A stretch of DNA of 64,000 bases, from the sequence record MG748547; one strand, 5' to 3'. Position numbers and translations under genes: made by a program. Source of the stretch: Escherichia phage EP75. Shown here piece after piece: positions 35,854 through 46,244 of this stretch; positions within the stretch are counted from its first letter, which is position 1; every line of letters starts with the position of its first letter. The notes under the pieces were generated by a model, which saw nothing but the letters and a program-made list of their open reading frames with translations, made no database searches and was not told the DNA's origin.

Positions 35854-37281
35854 ATGATGCTTCCTCTTTTAGAAATAATTCAAAATCTTCGCGATACCAA
35901 AGGCACCAACGCCAAGAAAGCTGTGCTGACCGAGGCGTTCAGAACCAATCCGGAATTGGTTGATTTCCTTCAATACGTCTACGACCCGATGCGTTCTTAT
36001 TACCGCACTCAATTCAATATAAACGCATTCCCTCGCATGCTCTCGCGCGGCGTTGTTGGTAGCTGGGATCAGGTTTATGACGTTCTTGATATGATGGCCG
36101 AACGCAAGATCGGTGGGATGAAGGCAGATCAAGAACTTGCGAAGGCCGCGACCAACATCCATCCGGATTACCATACCCTGATACAAATTATACTCGACAG
36201 AGACATCAAAGCGGGAATTGCCGAGAAAGGTATAAACGCAGCATTCAACGCAGCAGGTGGTACAGGGCGTCTGATTAATATCCTTCCATATCACCGTTAT
36301 GATAACATGACGATTGACTTGCTGAAGAAGATGGACTTCAAGCGCGGCGTCTTCAGCCAGCTGAAGTCAGATGGCATGTTTGCCAACATCATCTGTCGTT
36401 ATGGAAGAGACCCAGAGATTCGTTCTCGTTCCGGTTCTCTTATTGCGGGTGGTTCCGTTGATAACCTATCATTGGTTTTCAAAGACCTGATCTACGATGC
36501 GGGGATTGGTGAAAGCGTCTTCCATGGTGAACTGCTCGTCATTGATCTGAAAACGAATACAGTGTTGCCTCGGGCTATCGGCAATGGTAAGCTCAACAGT
36601 GTTATCCAAACGGGTGAACCCCTGGAAGATCGTTACAAGGTGATCTATCGGGTATGGGACGTTGTGCCGTATGATAATTGGTTCAATGCTCAGCGTGTGG
36701 ACACCCCATATGAGCGCCGTTTTGATATCATACAACAGTTGTTCGAAGGGGATGACGGACTGGTTCAGGTTCAAGAAACCCGTGTTGTTCATTCATTTGA
36801 AGAAGCTGTCGAACACTTCAAAGACGCTTTGGCTCGTCGGGAAGAAGGCACGATTTGTAAGGCCGCAGATATGCCTTGGGAAGATGGAACATCATCTGAA
36901 GGGTTAAAGCTAAAAATGGAAGTAGAATGTGACCTTGAAATCGTTGGCTTCAACGAGGCCGATAAGAAAGGGAAGCACGCCAAGACATTTGGATCTCTCC
37001 TCTGCAAGACCTCTGATAGCCTCTTAGTTGTTGGCGTATCGGGGATCTCAGATGAGTTGAGACTACGAATGTGGGAAAACCAAGAGGACTTCATTGGTAA
37101 GATTGCCGCCGTGCTCTCTAATGGCGTACAGGATAAAACCGATGACGCCATGAAGTCTCTATTCCTTCCACGTCTCGTTGAAGTACGCACAGACAAGAAA
37201 GTCGCTAATACACTGGCTGAAGTCTATGCTATCCAGAAAGCATATATCGAAAATATTTTGGTGTTGTTGGAAGCGGCATGA
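35854..37281 (+). CDS. 30: ATP-dependent DNA ligase (T4 gene 30-like)
   Basis: Adenylation motif KSDG (QLKSDGMFANI); size 475 aa. Confidence 0.65.
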   Translation: MMLPLLEIIQNLRDTKGTNAKKAVLTEAFRTNPELVDFLQYVYDPMRSYYRTQFNINAFPRMLSRGVVGSWDQVYDVLDMMAERKIGGMKADQELAKAATNIHPDYHTLIQIILDRDIKAGIAEKGINAAFNAAGGTGRLINILPYHRYDNMTIDLLKKMDFKRGVFSQLKSDGMFANIICRYGRDPEIRSRSGSLIAGGSVDNLSLVFKDLIYDAGIGESVFHGELLVIDLKTNTVLPRAIGNGKLNSVIQTGEPLEDRYKVIYRVWDVVPYDNWFNAQRVDTPYERRFDIIQQLFEGDDGLVQVQETRVVHSFEEAVEHFKDALARREEGTICKAADMPWEDGTSSEGLKLKMEVECDLEIVGFNEADKKGKHAKTFGSLLCKTSDSLLVVGVSGISDELRLRMWENQEDFIGKIAAVLSNGVQDKTDDAMKSLFLPRLVEVRTDKKVANTLAEVYAIQKAYIENILVLLEAA

Positions 37282-37286
37282 AAATT

Positions 37287-37304
37287 GGGGTTCTTCGGAA
37301 CCCC
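37287..37304 (+). other. GC-rich stem-loop (ggggttc-ttcg-gaacccc) followed by TTCAATAA
   Basis: Perfect 7-bp stem with UUCG-type loop just after the ligase stop; no U-tract. Confidence 0.4.
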
Positions 37305-37331
37305 ATTCAATAAAGACAGTAGCAGTATAAT
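37303..37331 (+). promoter_or_regulatory. candidate promoter (TTCAATAA element, TATAAT -10)
   Basis: tataat at 37326-37331, weak -35. Confidence 0.25.
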
Positions 37332-37358
37332 TCCAAGAAATCATTACCAGGTGTTATT

Positions 37359-37622
37359 ATGAAACTTATTGATAAGAAACCAAGGAAAGACAATGATTCT
37401 CTTCACCTCATAAACATTATGAGGGAATTGGGAGTTTCTGAATTACAGATGATGAAGATGATGAATTGTTCTGACGTTGTCTATAATTGGACAAACGGTT
37501 ATCGTCTTATCCCAAAATCATTCCGTCGTTTTATTTTGGCATTGGTGTTTATTCATCGCCAAGGAAAAACAGAAGAGTTTCAACGTTTCGTTAAATCAGA
37601 GGAGAGATCACGTGGTTGGTAA
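37359..37622 (+). CDS. hypothetical protein, possible small HTH regulator
   Basis: 87 aa; LINIMRELGVSELQMMKMM segment is helix-turn-helix-like (weak). Confidence 0.35.
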   Translation: MKLIDKKPRKDNDSLHLINIMRELGVSELQMMKMMNCSDVVYNWTNGYRLIPKSFRRFILALVFIHRQGKTEEFQRFVKSEERSRGW

Positions 37623-37772
37623 AAATCCGCCGACATATGCCAAAATCGGGATCGCTTTCCGGAACGCCATGCTTTTCATTAAAGAGAAAGGCTTGGTGGC
37701 GGAGTTCAATCAGTTCTGTTCCGAACGCCGCAGATTACAGAAACAGAAACAGAAAAGCAGGGAGAAACGCCA

Positions 37773-38434
37773 TGATAACTGAGTGGGAGAAAATGCAATA
37801 TGAAAGGGCATTCAACGTTTATTGCATCTATATGGCGATCAAATTGCATTTCACCACAAAAGACTTTGATTATGGCCTGTATGGGCCGATGAACAATTAC
37901 AAGTTTGAAACGTTCTATTCTAAACAGGGCGTGGCCAAACAATTTGCTAAACTTGCTCGTCGGTTCGAATCTTCCCAAGGTGAAGTGGTGGAAAATTATA
38001 TTATTGCCAACTTTGTTAAATCACCAAAGACGTGGGTGACAACATTACTTACAAGACAGGCCCAAGAAAATTATAATGAATATCGCCGCCTGTATGACAA
38101 CTTCTCATATAATTTTCTTGAACATTTTGAGAGATATATGATCCCTGAGATAAAAGAAAGAGGCGTGAATTTTATCCAATATATCAAAGGAAATGGTAAT
38201 GGGCATCCACCTTTACTGACAGATATTATTGTTAAACGCTATCCAATTTGGTTTCTCGTTGGATTGAATAAAGTAGTGGGGTTCATCCATTTATATGATA
38301 CAATACTCAAGGATGACATCTATTGGAACTCTGAGTCTTTTTTATTAAAGAAAACCAATTCAGTTGTTCCTGATGAAAACACAGAATACACAAAAGGAAA
38401 ACTCCGTGAGCTAATCCTTGCCCACGGAATTTGA
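37773..38434 (+). CDS. possible helicase loader (T4 gp59-like)
   Basis: 220 aa from ATG 37773 (GGGAG RBS); YCIYMAIKLHF...DFDYGLY is reminiscent of the gp59 N-terminus as recalled; low certainty. Confidence 0.35.
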
Positions 38435-40375
38435 TTACCAATCCCAGAGAATGCGCCCTGTATCAGTACGGTTGGACGGCTCCAGTTGTGAACTGTTGAA
38501 GTTGTTCGTCGTACTGACTTTCTTCGAGTTGTCCACATTTTGTTGTACAGGCATTACCACACTGGCTGGCGGGTTAGCATAGGCGGATTTAACTTCTTCG
38601 ATGTTATTGGCTGCTCTTCCTTGAACCGGATAAGCCCCGCCCAGAGTACCTCCCCCGATCCCAGCATATGCATCTTTCAATTGAGAAGTGCGATCTGTTA
38701 CGTTCACAGCATCCGAAGAAACCCCAGAAGGCATTGGAGTCAGCGTGCTGATATCTGCATTAGGTTGTGCTGGCGATTGACTGTTCGGTGGTACAGAGGC
38801 ATTCTCAGGAGCCTTATCGTCTTGGCTTATCAGCATAGACTGTCTTGCTTCCACCATCTTATTCCTGGCTGCTTCACCACCCAACGCATCGGGGATAATG
38901 CTGACAAACTTATCTACGATATCAAACATCGCATTGGTGATAGCATTCAACATGTTGAAGAAAGGTTTCTTCACATTTTCAGCAAATCCTTTCTTCATGT
39001 CTTCAACGACTTTGTTTGCAGCCGCCATGCCGTCATCTATCAGGCCAGTTATTCCACCCGTTACCCAATCAACCAATTTTATCAATTGGCCTTGCAAGTT
39101 ATCTGCAAGTTTACCAGGTATTTCGGTCAGTGATGTACTCTTCCCGATACCCGCAAACAAATCGTTGGTGACCCAATCAACAATCGAGTTCAACCAACGC
39201 ACGGGCGCTTCGGTCATTTTCAGCACTTGTTCACGGAACGCCTTTCCAAACCCAGCATTGTTCCATCCGAATATTTCAGCAACCCAATCGGCGAGATCCC
39301 CGAAACTACCGACCAGCTCTGTTATCCCTGCCTGAACCCGATCAACGATCGATACTTGCGCTTTACCAAGGATTTCTTTAGCATTAAAGAACCCTTTACC
39401 GAATTCAAATACAGATGTTATCAGAGCCAAAGGTCCGACTCGAAGCATCTTGGTTGCTGCTTTCAGAGGCGCAAGCAACCCGCCGATCCCAGCACCAAAC
39501 CCCATGAATAATTTAATGAAGCCACCAACAAGTTTTAATGGGGACATCAGGAGTTTTAACGCGCCCAGTCCAAGGAGTGCCCCCAGCGCCGCGCCTAACC
39601 CAGAAGATTGACCATCTTGTTTAGGCTCAGACGGAGGGATAGAACCAGCCTCTGGGTTGTTCTTGTTTTCCTTACCTTCTTCGCCACGACGGAATTTCTC
39701 TTCTTCTCTATATTTTTGATCACTTTCATAGATACGTGTCAGAGTATCATTAAGATCTTCGTTCATGTATCCCAATTTGTCATCAATGCTGTCGAGGCGG
39801 GTAACAGTTTCGTTACTGGCATCTTTATTGAAATCCAGCGTGTCCTTATGTGTTTGAAGCATTATGTCAGTCAGGTTTACGATCTCCCCTCCGACCAACG
39901 CCAGCTTATCCTTTAATCCATCAAGGCGTTCAAGACTATCTTCGTTGGCCGCACCCAATTGATCTGATATCATGTCAAGATATTCAACTGACATGTCGTC
40001 AACCGGACCATTCGCCGCTTCACCAAATTTTTCGATCTTGGTGGCGATACGCATCAGTTCTTCATTGCCATCCTTTGTTAGACTGACGGTGTCTTTCATC
40101 CAAGTGCTGTAATCCCTTGTGAAAATAGGACTGACGCGGACAAACCCACCAACAATATCATTCACCGATGGGAATTTAATTGGCGGGACTTTCTGCTCCT
40201 GATTAGACGCCTGGCGTGTCTTCAGAGATTGCAGTTGTTTGTTGACATCGGCGAGCTGTTTATTCGTCTCGGATTGGGCGCGCAATTGCTTGCGCTCCAT
40301 CATTTCTTTTTTGATTTTATCCAAAACCTTGACGATGTCTTGCTGCCCTGGTGTCGGTTGATTGTTATCTGCCAT
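38435..40375 (-). CDS. tail tape-measure/baseplate hub protein (gp29-like)
   Basis: 646 aa; N-terminal coiled-coil-like region, central Gly-rich hydrophobic segments (GLGAALGALLGLGALKLL ... GFGAGIGGLLAPL). Confidence 0.45.
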   Translation of the reverse strand: MADNNQPTPGQQDIVKVLDKIKKEMMERKQLRAQSETNKQLADVNKQLQSLKTRQASNQEQKVPPIKFPSVNDIVGGFVRVSPIFTRDYSTWMKDTVSLTKDGNEELMRIATKIEKFGEAANGPVDDMSVEYLDMISDQLGAANEDSLERLDGLKDKLALVGGEIVNLTDIMLQTHKDTLDFNKDASNETVTRLDSIDDKLGYMNEDLNDTLTRIYESDQKYREEEKFRRGEEGKENKNNPEAGSIPPSEPKQDGQSSGLGAALGALLGLGALKLLMSPLKLVGGFIKLFMGFGAGIGGLLAPLKAATKMLRVGPLALITSVFEFGKGFFNAKEILGKAQVSIVDRVQAGITELVGSFGDLADWVAEIFGWNNAGFGKAFREQVLKMTEAPVRWLNSIVDWVTNDLFAGIGKSTSLTEIPGKLADNLQGQLIKLVDWVTGGITGLIDDGMAAANKVVEDMKKGFAENVKKPFFNMLNAITNAMFDIVDKFVSIIPDALGGEAARNKMVEARQSMLISQDDKAPENASVPPNSQSPAQPNADISTLTPMPSGVSSDAVNVTDRTSQLKDAYAGIGGGTLGGAYPVQGRAANNIEEVKSAYANPPASVVMPVQQNVDNSKKVSTTNNFNSSQLEPSNRTDTGRILWDW

Positions 40376-40385
40376 TTGTCACCTC

Positions 40386-41774
40386 TCAGACCTTCTGGGC
40401 TTGTCCTTTCTCTATTGGCGTCGGAGTTGGTGTAGAAGCCACAGTTTGACCAGTCTGAGGCGGTAAGACCTTCTGGATCATACTATCTTTGGCAATCTCG
40501 GCGACGCATTGATAATCATTTGTCAGGCGTGAAATCTTATGGCGTATCTTTGTGACGATATAATGGCCTGATGATAACTTACTTAACTCGGCAATGTTTT
40601 CATTAGATTTAGGGCGGTTCGACAAATCTTCAATATAATAAACCTGCCCAACATTCAGACGGTTATCCCCCACGACCAGCAAACGCATAACCGTTGACGC
40701 GAGGCTGAATTCTATAACGCGTCGTGCGTAATCTATTTGTTCGGCACCATCCGGTTGCGCTTCAATGTACCTAACGTTCTCGCGGTCGAATTGATCAGAG
40801 AACAAAGGGAAAGGATCAAGGTGAGCAGTGCTGTCGAACCATTCTGAATAAATGCGTTGGGTCGCTGTCGTGGATTTTGTACTAAAGTCATACACGCGCT
40901 CGTTCACTGCCAAGATATCCCGATAATTCGCCATGTACTGATCACGCGCCAGTTTCTTTTCAGCCTTGATGATAGTCCGCATGAAACGTTCTGAGTTGAA
41001 ATTGTTATCCTGCATCAACGGCGCATCTTGAGGGTCTCGGAAGAATTTCTTTTCAATAGAAGCCTCTTGCTTCTCTTCAGCAGTCATAGACTGGTTGCCC
41101 TGGTTGAACAATGTTGTCATGCTTTTGAAGTGATAACCCGTAAAGTCTTCATAGAAAACGAATGGCATGAATAATTCGTCATATGCACGGCTGGCCATAT
41201 AATCTATGGAGCGGAGTACAGGCCAAAGAGGGGTGGCGAACCTTTCTTGTATCCCATATGAAGGATCTATGTCTTCAAATTTGGTGCGTGAATTCAGTTG
41301 CTCAAAGATCTTAGCTGCCATCTCAGAATAAGAACCGCTTAATCCAAGAGATTTACGCAACATGCTATCTCGATACGCGTCTGTTGTCACCAAGTGTAAC
41401 CAGAATGCCTTTTTCGAAGAAGAGTTCGATTCATCAGCAACTCTCCCTACCCGACTGACTCGCAATGAAAGCGTAGTGTAGTCGGAAGCCGCAGGTGATT
41501 TGAACGATACCACTACTTCCTCACCTCCGAGGATTGGCATTGTATCCAATATATCCCAGCCTTCTTTGATCAGAATATTAGCTGTCAGCGACGGTGAAGC
41601 ATTCCCTTCCAGACCAAGATCCTGATATACGTTGAATTCTTGAAACAACGATGAAAGGTCATAAGGCTTGGGAGTACCGCCTTCAGGCGTGTGCGGTAAT
41701 ATCGCCATATATTTCAAATCAAATGTTGTGGACGGAGTTAAAATTCCGTCCTGGGATTCTTTATTTTCGATCAT
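40386..41774 (-). CDS. putative baseplate/tail structural protein
   Basis: 462 aa in the minus-strand late block upstream of the tape-measure-like gene; assignment by synteny only. Confidence 0.4.
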   Translation of the reverse strand: MIENKESQDGILTPSTTFDLKYMAILPHTPEGGTPKPYDLSSLFQEFNVYQDLGLEGNASPSLTANILIKEGWDILDTMPILGGEEVVVSFKSPAASDYTTLSLRVSRVGRVADESNSSSKKAFWLHLVTTDAYRDSMLRKSLGLSGSYSEMAAKIFEQLNSRTKFEDIDPSYGIQERFATPLWPVLRSIDYMASRAYDELFMPFVFYEDFTGYHFKSMTTLFNQGNQSMTAEEKQEASIEKKFFRDPQDAPLMQDNNFNSERFMRTIIKAEKKLARDQYMANYRDILAVNERVYDFSTKSTTATQRIYSEWFDSTAHLDPFPLFSDQFDRENVRYIEAQPDGAEQIDYARRVIEFSLASTVMRLLVVGDNRLNVGQVYYIEDLSNRPKSNENIAELSKLSSGHYIVTKIRHKISRLTNDYQCVAEIAKDSMIQKVLPPQTGQTVASTPTPTPIEKGQAQKV

Positions 41775-42328
41775 TTGGTCAGCTCCTGTTCCAGCTGATT
41801 AACAAAGGAAGAAACATAATCTGGGTCTAGAACCTGAATATTCCGTTTGGCTTCGTTTTTGTTTATAGCATCATCATGATATGTAATACCTGTCAGACCA
41901 TAGTTGGCGATAATCGTGGAATCATCCATAGAACCAAGGCCATATGCTAAACGTATTGCTCTAGGATCTGTTTCATGACCGAATTCGTCAACATAGTATT
42001 TCACATCCCACATTCCGTCAAGGCCGTATCGAGCCGTCAGTTCTTCAATGATACGGCGCTCTGGTTTTGGCCAGTCCTCTGTGATGTCCATGATACCATT
42101 GATAAGACATGGGATCCAAAACAGCTCGAAGGAACCGTAGACGCGTTCGGCAAAAGACCTTGGGGTTTCCCCATCGAAAACAGTATACGGCAGGAGAAGC
42201 CCTTCTATGTCCCTAATTTTCTTAACAACCATAACCCGTCGTGTTAAGTTCTGCAACAGGACTTGGTCATCCTCTTTGACACCAATTAATTGATGCCACA
42301 CGAGTGGAAATTTCTCAAAATATTTCAT
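41771..42328 (-). CDS. putative baseplate/tail structural protein
   Basis: 185 aa, ATGA overlap with the downstream gene in the same late block. Confidence 0.4.
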   Translation of the reverse strand: MKYFEKFPLVWHQLIGVKEDDQVLLQNLTRRVMVVKKIRDIEGLLLPYTVFDGETPRSFAERVYGSFELFWIPCLINGIMDITEDWPKPERRIIEELTARYGLDGMWDVKYYVDEFGHETDPRAIRLAYGLGSMDDSTIIANYGLTGITYHDDAINKNEAKRNIQVLDPDYVSSFVNQLEQELTK

Positions 42329-42340
42329 GGCATCTTCTCC

Positions 42341-43309
42341 TTAGAAGCTGTCGCCTTCGGTATCAAAGCGGCCTTTGTGCAACGGTTCTAGTTCTATAAA
42401 CGTCATGTCGATTTGTGTCGACACGATGCTGTCATCTTTGTGTACAGCATATGAAGAGTCAGGCGTCTCGTTGACAAACATATTTGATAGGACGCAAGTC
42501 GATATCCGATGCAACCATTTGTTGCGTTCTCCCTGGACCATGAACGTGATATCAAACGTGGATGGGTGAAGATAGAATGCGCTGGAATTCTTGTTGTATT
42601 TGTATTCTGGATACATGTGCATCTTGAATAAACGGATAATCTCCCGCACCATTTTCGCCTCTTTTTGCGATCTTGGAGTGAATTTGAATGTGAACGGGAT
42701 TTCTCGGTTGCGCACCCCTTGGAAAATCATCTCCACATACGGGTTGGTCATCGTACCTGTAAACAATTCTAATGTATCATGAGCATTAATTGTCGGCAAG
42801 AAAGGAATTGCTTCCGAAGCAGATTGGATGGCCTTTGTCGCCGCAAATCTCCCCATTTCTTTCCCAACATTCAAAGCATCCCCAAGTTTGAATTGACTCA
42901 TATCTTGGGCGGCGCGTGATAAAAATTGGGCACCCATACCTGCTAATCCCAACTCGGAGCCGTTCCAGCCAACGCCATAGTTGGTTGTAATGGATTCGGG
43001 CATACACAACACAATTGACTCGTTAGAGCGGACATGACGCGCCCAAGCATATTTGCTAATAGACCCCGATTTAGAACCATAAACCACAGGAGTCTTACCC
43101 AATGGATTTTGTATCGGATTTTCGACGGTTTGGGTTGTGGTGTCTCCATATGAAGAACCAGATATTCGGTTGATGTTGAATAGAACATAATGGCCGAGGG
43201 TTTTACCCCCTGTTATGTCTAATGGATAGACCAATTGCTTCTGAGACTTGGCCAAGCCTTTTGTGTTCAGAACTTTGATCTTATCGATGGTCGTCTTGAA
43301 ATTCGCCAT
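42341..43309 (-). CDS. putative baseplate/tail-tube associated protein
   Basis: 322 aa, first gene of the minus-strand late block. Confidence 0.4.
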   Translation of the reverse strand: MANFKTTIDKIKVLNTKGLAKSQKQLVYPLDITGGKTLGHYVLFNINRISGSSYGDTTTQTVENPIQNPLGKTPVVYGSKSGSISKYAWARHVRSNESIVLCMPESITTNYGVGWNGSELGLAGMGAQFLSRAAQDMSQFKLGDALNVGKEMGRFAATKAIQSASEAIPFLPTINAHDTLELFTGTMTNPYVEMIFQGVRNREIPFTFKFTPRSQKEAKMVREIIRLFKMHMYPEYKYNKNSSAFYLHPSTFDITFMVQGERNKWLHRISTCVLSNMFVNETPDSSYAVHKDDSIVSTQIDMTFIELEPLHKGRFDTEGDSF

Positions 43310-43362
43310 GGTCTGAAGCCCTTTAATTAGAATAGAGTGATGACACTATTTAGGACTAGAAT

Positions 43363-44103
43363 ATGGCTATGTATCTCGTATACCAAATTACCAATCTGAT
43401 AAACAATAAAATATATGTTGGGGTTCATAAAGGAACTCCAGATGATGGTTATATGGGTTCTGGCCGAGTTATAACAAGAGCGATATTGAAATATGGTGTT
43501 GAGAATTTTCGCAAAGATATATTGAAAGTTTGTAAAACATCAGAAGAAATGTATGAAGAAGAATTCAGGATAGTGAATCAAGAATTTATAGATAGAGATG
43601 ACACATATAATTTAACATGCGGTGGGCGTGGTTCATTTACGCACATAAATTCGGATCCATTAATCAGGGCCAACGCTTCGGAGAAGGCTCTCAAAACCCT
43701 AAGTTTAAAATCAAAAGACGAATTACAAAGAATTTACAAATCTAGGGGATTTCCTGGAGAAAGAAATTTTTGGTTTGGTAAAAACAGGTCCGGTGAAAAT
43801 AACTCAAGATTTGGCTATGTAATGGAACAAGAAACAAAGGACAAAATAAGAAATTCCAACAAGAAAAGAGTGGAATCCGGCCTCGTGGATTATTCTAATT
43901 GCAAAGGACCAATCACAAAAGAAGGGAAGAACGCAATATCCCAAGCGAACTCCAGAGAATTCAAATTTGTTAATCCAGAAGGAAATTTGGTCACAGTTAT
44001 CAACCTTTCCAAATTCTGTAAAGAAAATGAATTGAGCGAAGGATCTATGAGACATGTCCATAACGGCCGAAACATACAACATAAAGGTTGGAGGAAAGCA
44101 TAA
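43363..44103 (+). CDS. GIY-YIG homing endonuclease
   Basis: N-terminal YLVYQITNLINNKIYVGVH ... GSG matches the GIY-YIG signature; basic C-terminal DNA-binding-like region. Confidence 0.75.
   Translation: MAMYLVYQITNLINNKIYVGVHKGTPDDGYMGSGRVITRAILKYGVENFRKDILKVCKTSEEMYEEEFRIVNQEFIDRDDTYNLTCGGRGSFTHINSDPLIRANASEKALKTLSLKSKDELQRIYKSRGFPGERNFWFGKNRSGENNSRFGYVMEQETKDKIRNSNKKRVESGLVDYSNCKGPITKEGKNAISQANSREFKFVNPEGNLVTVINLSKFCKENELSEGSMRHVHNGRNIQHKGWRKA
43363..44103 (+). mobile_element. free-standing homing endonuclease gene
   Basis: GIY-YIG ORF at a strand-switch point between the late tail block and a nuclease-like gene. Confidence 0.55.
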
Positions 44104-44723
44104 TGGCATCGTATTTACAAGGAAAATTTATTCCCAACAATCCTCAAAAATATGTCGGAGACGTAAAAGATATTGTGTTTCGATCCTCTTTAGAATTGGT
44201 TGCATTCAAATTCTGTGACATGAATCCTGCTATCGTGAAGTGGGGTTCGGAAACTTGTGTAATCCCTTACATATCTCCGGTTGATGGCCGCGCCCATCGT
44301 TATTTCATGGATTTGAAGGTTTGGACTCGTCGGCAGGATTCCGATGAATTACAAATTACTCTTATTGAAATAAAACCCAAAGACCAGATTAAAGAACCTC
44401 GCAAAACTAAAACGATGAAGGAATCAACATTCAATAATTCAATGCGCACTTGGTTGGTAAATCAGGCAAAGTGGACAGCAACTAAAGAACATTGTGCAAA
44501 GGTAGGTTGGAAATTCATTATCTGGACAGAAGAACATTTGGTGCCAGGTGAAGACCCAGAAGTTAAAAAACAATTTGCTCTTCGTTCTAAGAAAAAGCGC
44601 GAAGTCGAAATGGAAGATCGACGCCGCGCTCAAAGGATTAATGCGTTGAAAGAGCAAATGAAGAAGGAAACTGCTAATAAACAACCAACGCAATCGGAAG
44701 ATGATGGTTTGTTATTACCCTGA
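44103..44723 (+). CDS. putative PD-(D/E)XK-type nuclease (possibly head-completion nuclease-like)
   Basis: ATG 44103 overlaps the upstream stop (TAATG); FMDL ... LIEIKPK resembles a D ... E-x-K core. Confidence 0.35.
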   Translation: MASYLQGKFIPNNPQKYVGDVKDIVFRSSLELVAFKFCDMNPAIVKWGSETCVIPYISPVDGRAHRYFMDLKVWTRRQDSDELQITLIEIKPKDQIKEPRKTKTMKESTFNNSMRTWLVNQAKWTATKEHCAKVGWKFIIWTEEHLVPGEDPEVKKQFALRSKKKREVEMEDRRRAQRINALKEQMKKETANKQPTQSEDDGLLLP

Positions 44724-44933
44724 TTTCCTTGGATGTCCAGGGGCAAAGCAAGTTTGTTTGTCCCTGCATATCATCCATCCATCAGCACGGGCTTGTCTAG
44801 CACAGTCTCCCCAAGATTCACCAGCATAAGACTTCATCCCACATCTGGGGTGATGTTCTTGCCAAGCCCAATTACAAGATTTGCATTCAACACACTCACA
44901 ATACAAATCGACGGTGTATCCTGCAGTAATCAT
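44715..44933 (-). CDS. small Cys-rich protein
   Basis: 72 aa with nine Cys (CECVECKSC ... C ... C). Confidence 0.3.
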   Translation of the reverse strand: MITAGYTVDLYCECVECKSCNWAWQEHHPRCGMKSYAGESWGDCARQARADGWMICRDKQTCFAPGHPRKSG

Positions 44934-45341
44934 TTAGTCACCCAGATGATCATAAATTTTTTGACGGAATTCGTTCCCTTTAGCACAACCTGTAGCCAAC
45001 AGGCGAGTACCGCCCGTACCAATAACACTGATGGTCGAAAACTTCAGGATACGGCCTGTAATAGACTGGTCCACCTTAATGGTTTCTACTTTACCAAGAC
45101 GGAGTTCATCAGCATCACGACGAATAAATCCCCGTTTGACAATAACACGCTTGTTGGTGACTGCGAATTCAGTTGTCAATACATTTAAAATTGTTGGTAT
45201 CAGAAATAACAAGCTGAATCCAAATGTTGGGATAATCGTTAAAATAACCAGAACATAAATCCAAAAACCGCTCCACCAAGTCGGGCGGGTGAAAGCGATG
45301 ACATGTTCATTTTCGCCGAGCATGCGGTCTACATAACGCAT
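44934..45341 (-). CDS. membrane protein with bacterial PH (YdbT-like) domain
   Basis: Two N-terminal hydrophobic helices followed by EFAVTNKRVIVKRGFIRR...ISV. Confidence 0.45.
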   Translation of the reverse strand: MRYVDRMLGENEHVIAFTRPTWWSGFWIYVLVILTIIPTFGFSLLFLIPTILNVLTTEFAVTNKRVIVKRGFIRRDADELRLGKVETIKVDQSITGRILKFSTISVIGTGGTRLLATGCAKGNEFRQKIYDHLGD

Positions 45342-45342
45342 T

Positions 45343-45864
45343 TTAATTCCTTACTTTGTCTGGGTTGGATAAGATTTGTTCGTATCCGACTTCGCCTTGA
45401 TCGTCGAAAACATGCTGAAGAATCGCCATATCGTCTACCATCCGATAAACTTCAATTCCAGCGTTCATCAATTTTTTGATTCCATCCATGATACGATATG
45501 GCTCTTGATAATATACTTTATCGATCTTGCCGTTGTCGATGATCTTCTGAGTGCAATCAGGGCATGGGCTATGTGTCACAAACATAACCAACCCTGTGAA
45601 ATCATCTGCATTTTCGGGGATACGCATTAGAGCATTTTCCTCCGCATGAATGACACACGGGTTTGTAACAATTTGCCCGTGTTGTTCCATCTCACAAACA
45701 TTCGGCATGCCAGGAGGCGTTCCGTTCCATCCGATAGCCACAGGCTGATCAGTTTCAGGGTTTACGATAACACAACCGACTTGCAGACGCCGAGCATAAC
45801 TGGTTACACCATATGCTGCAGCTGATCGCATATGGGCGAACATCATTCGTGGTTTGATAGCCAT
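45343..45864 (-). CDS. cd: dCMP deaminase
   Basis: Zinc-binding cytidine/dCMP deaminase motifs HAEENAL and PCPDC; 173 aa. Confidence 0.75.
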   Translation of the reverse strand: MAIKPRMMFAHMRSAAAYGVTSYARRLQVGCVIVNPETDQPVAIGWNGTPPGMPNVCEMEQHGQIVTNPCVIHAEENALMRIPENADDFTGLVMFVTHSPCPDCTQKIIDNGKIDKVYYQEPYRIMDGIKKLMNAGIEVYRMVDDMAILQHVFDDQGEVGYEQILSNPDKVRN

Positions 45865-46181
45865 TATTTTACCAGAGCCTTTTCAAGTAAAAAGATCATG
45901 TCATCCTGGTCGGCGCGGCCAAAGATCTGACCGAGGGACACCATGGAATGAACCTCTTTGACAATCAGGTCTTTGCCTGTTACACCGCTGTTGTCCAATT
46001 CGAGAATTGTAGACATGCGCTCAACCATATGAGGTGGATGATTGATATAACGTTGAAGATACTTTTCACGCAACGCAATTTTTTCGATAAGATCTGACAT
46101 TTCTGCATTCTCTTCTGAATACAGACGTTCTTTAGATTTCAGTTCTTCGAGGCGTTCGTACATTTCTTTTAATGAAATCAT
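45864..46181 (-). CDS. hypothetical protein
   Basis: Start moved to the internal ATG at 46181 (GGGAGAG RBS) because the track's N-terminal extension translates the terminator hairpin. Confidence 0.4.
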   Translation of the reverse strand: MISLKEMYERLEELKSKERLYSEENAEMSDLIEKIALREKYLQRYINHPPHMVERMSTILELDNSGVTGKDLIVKEVHSMVSLGQIFGRADQDDMIFLLEKALVK

Positions 46182-46198
46182 GTTTGTCTCTCCCAATA

Positions 46199-46225
46199 AA
46201 TTAAGGGGAAGTATACCTTCCCCTT
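46199..46225 (-). terminator. intrinsic terminator (minus strand)
   Basis: aaggggaag-tatac-cttcccctt hairpin; T-rich tail on the minus strand. Confidence 0.45.
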
Positions 46226-46244
46226 TCTTCAATAACCTAAAATA

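Noticed and set aside
38540-39335. Plus-strand ORFs of 145-197 aa
   Set aside because: Lie entirely inside and antisense to the tape-measure-like gene; low-complexity translation typical of a shadow frame.
44733-45188. 151-aa plus-strand ORF
   Set aside because: Antisense to the bPH-domain and Cys-rich minus-strand genes; no start context.
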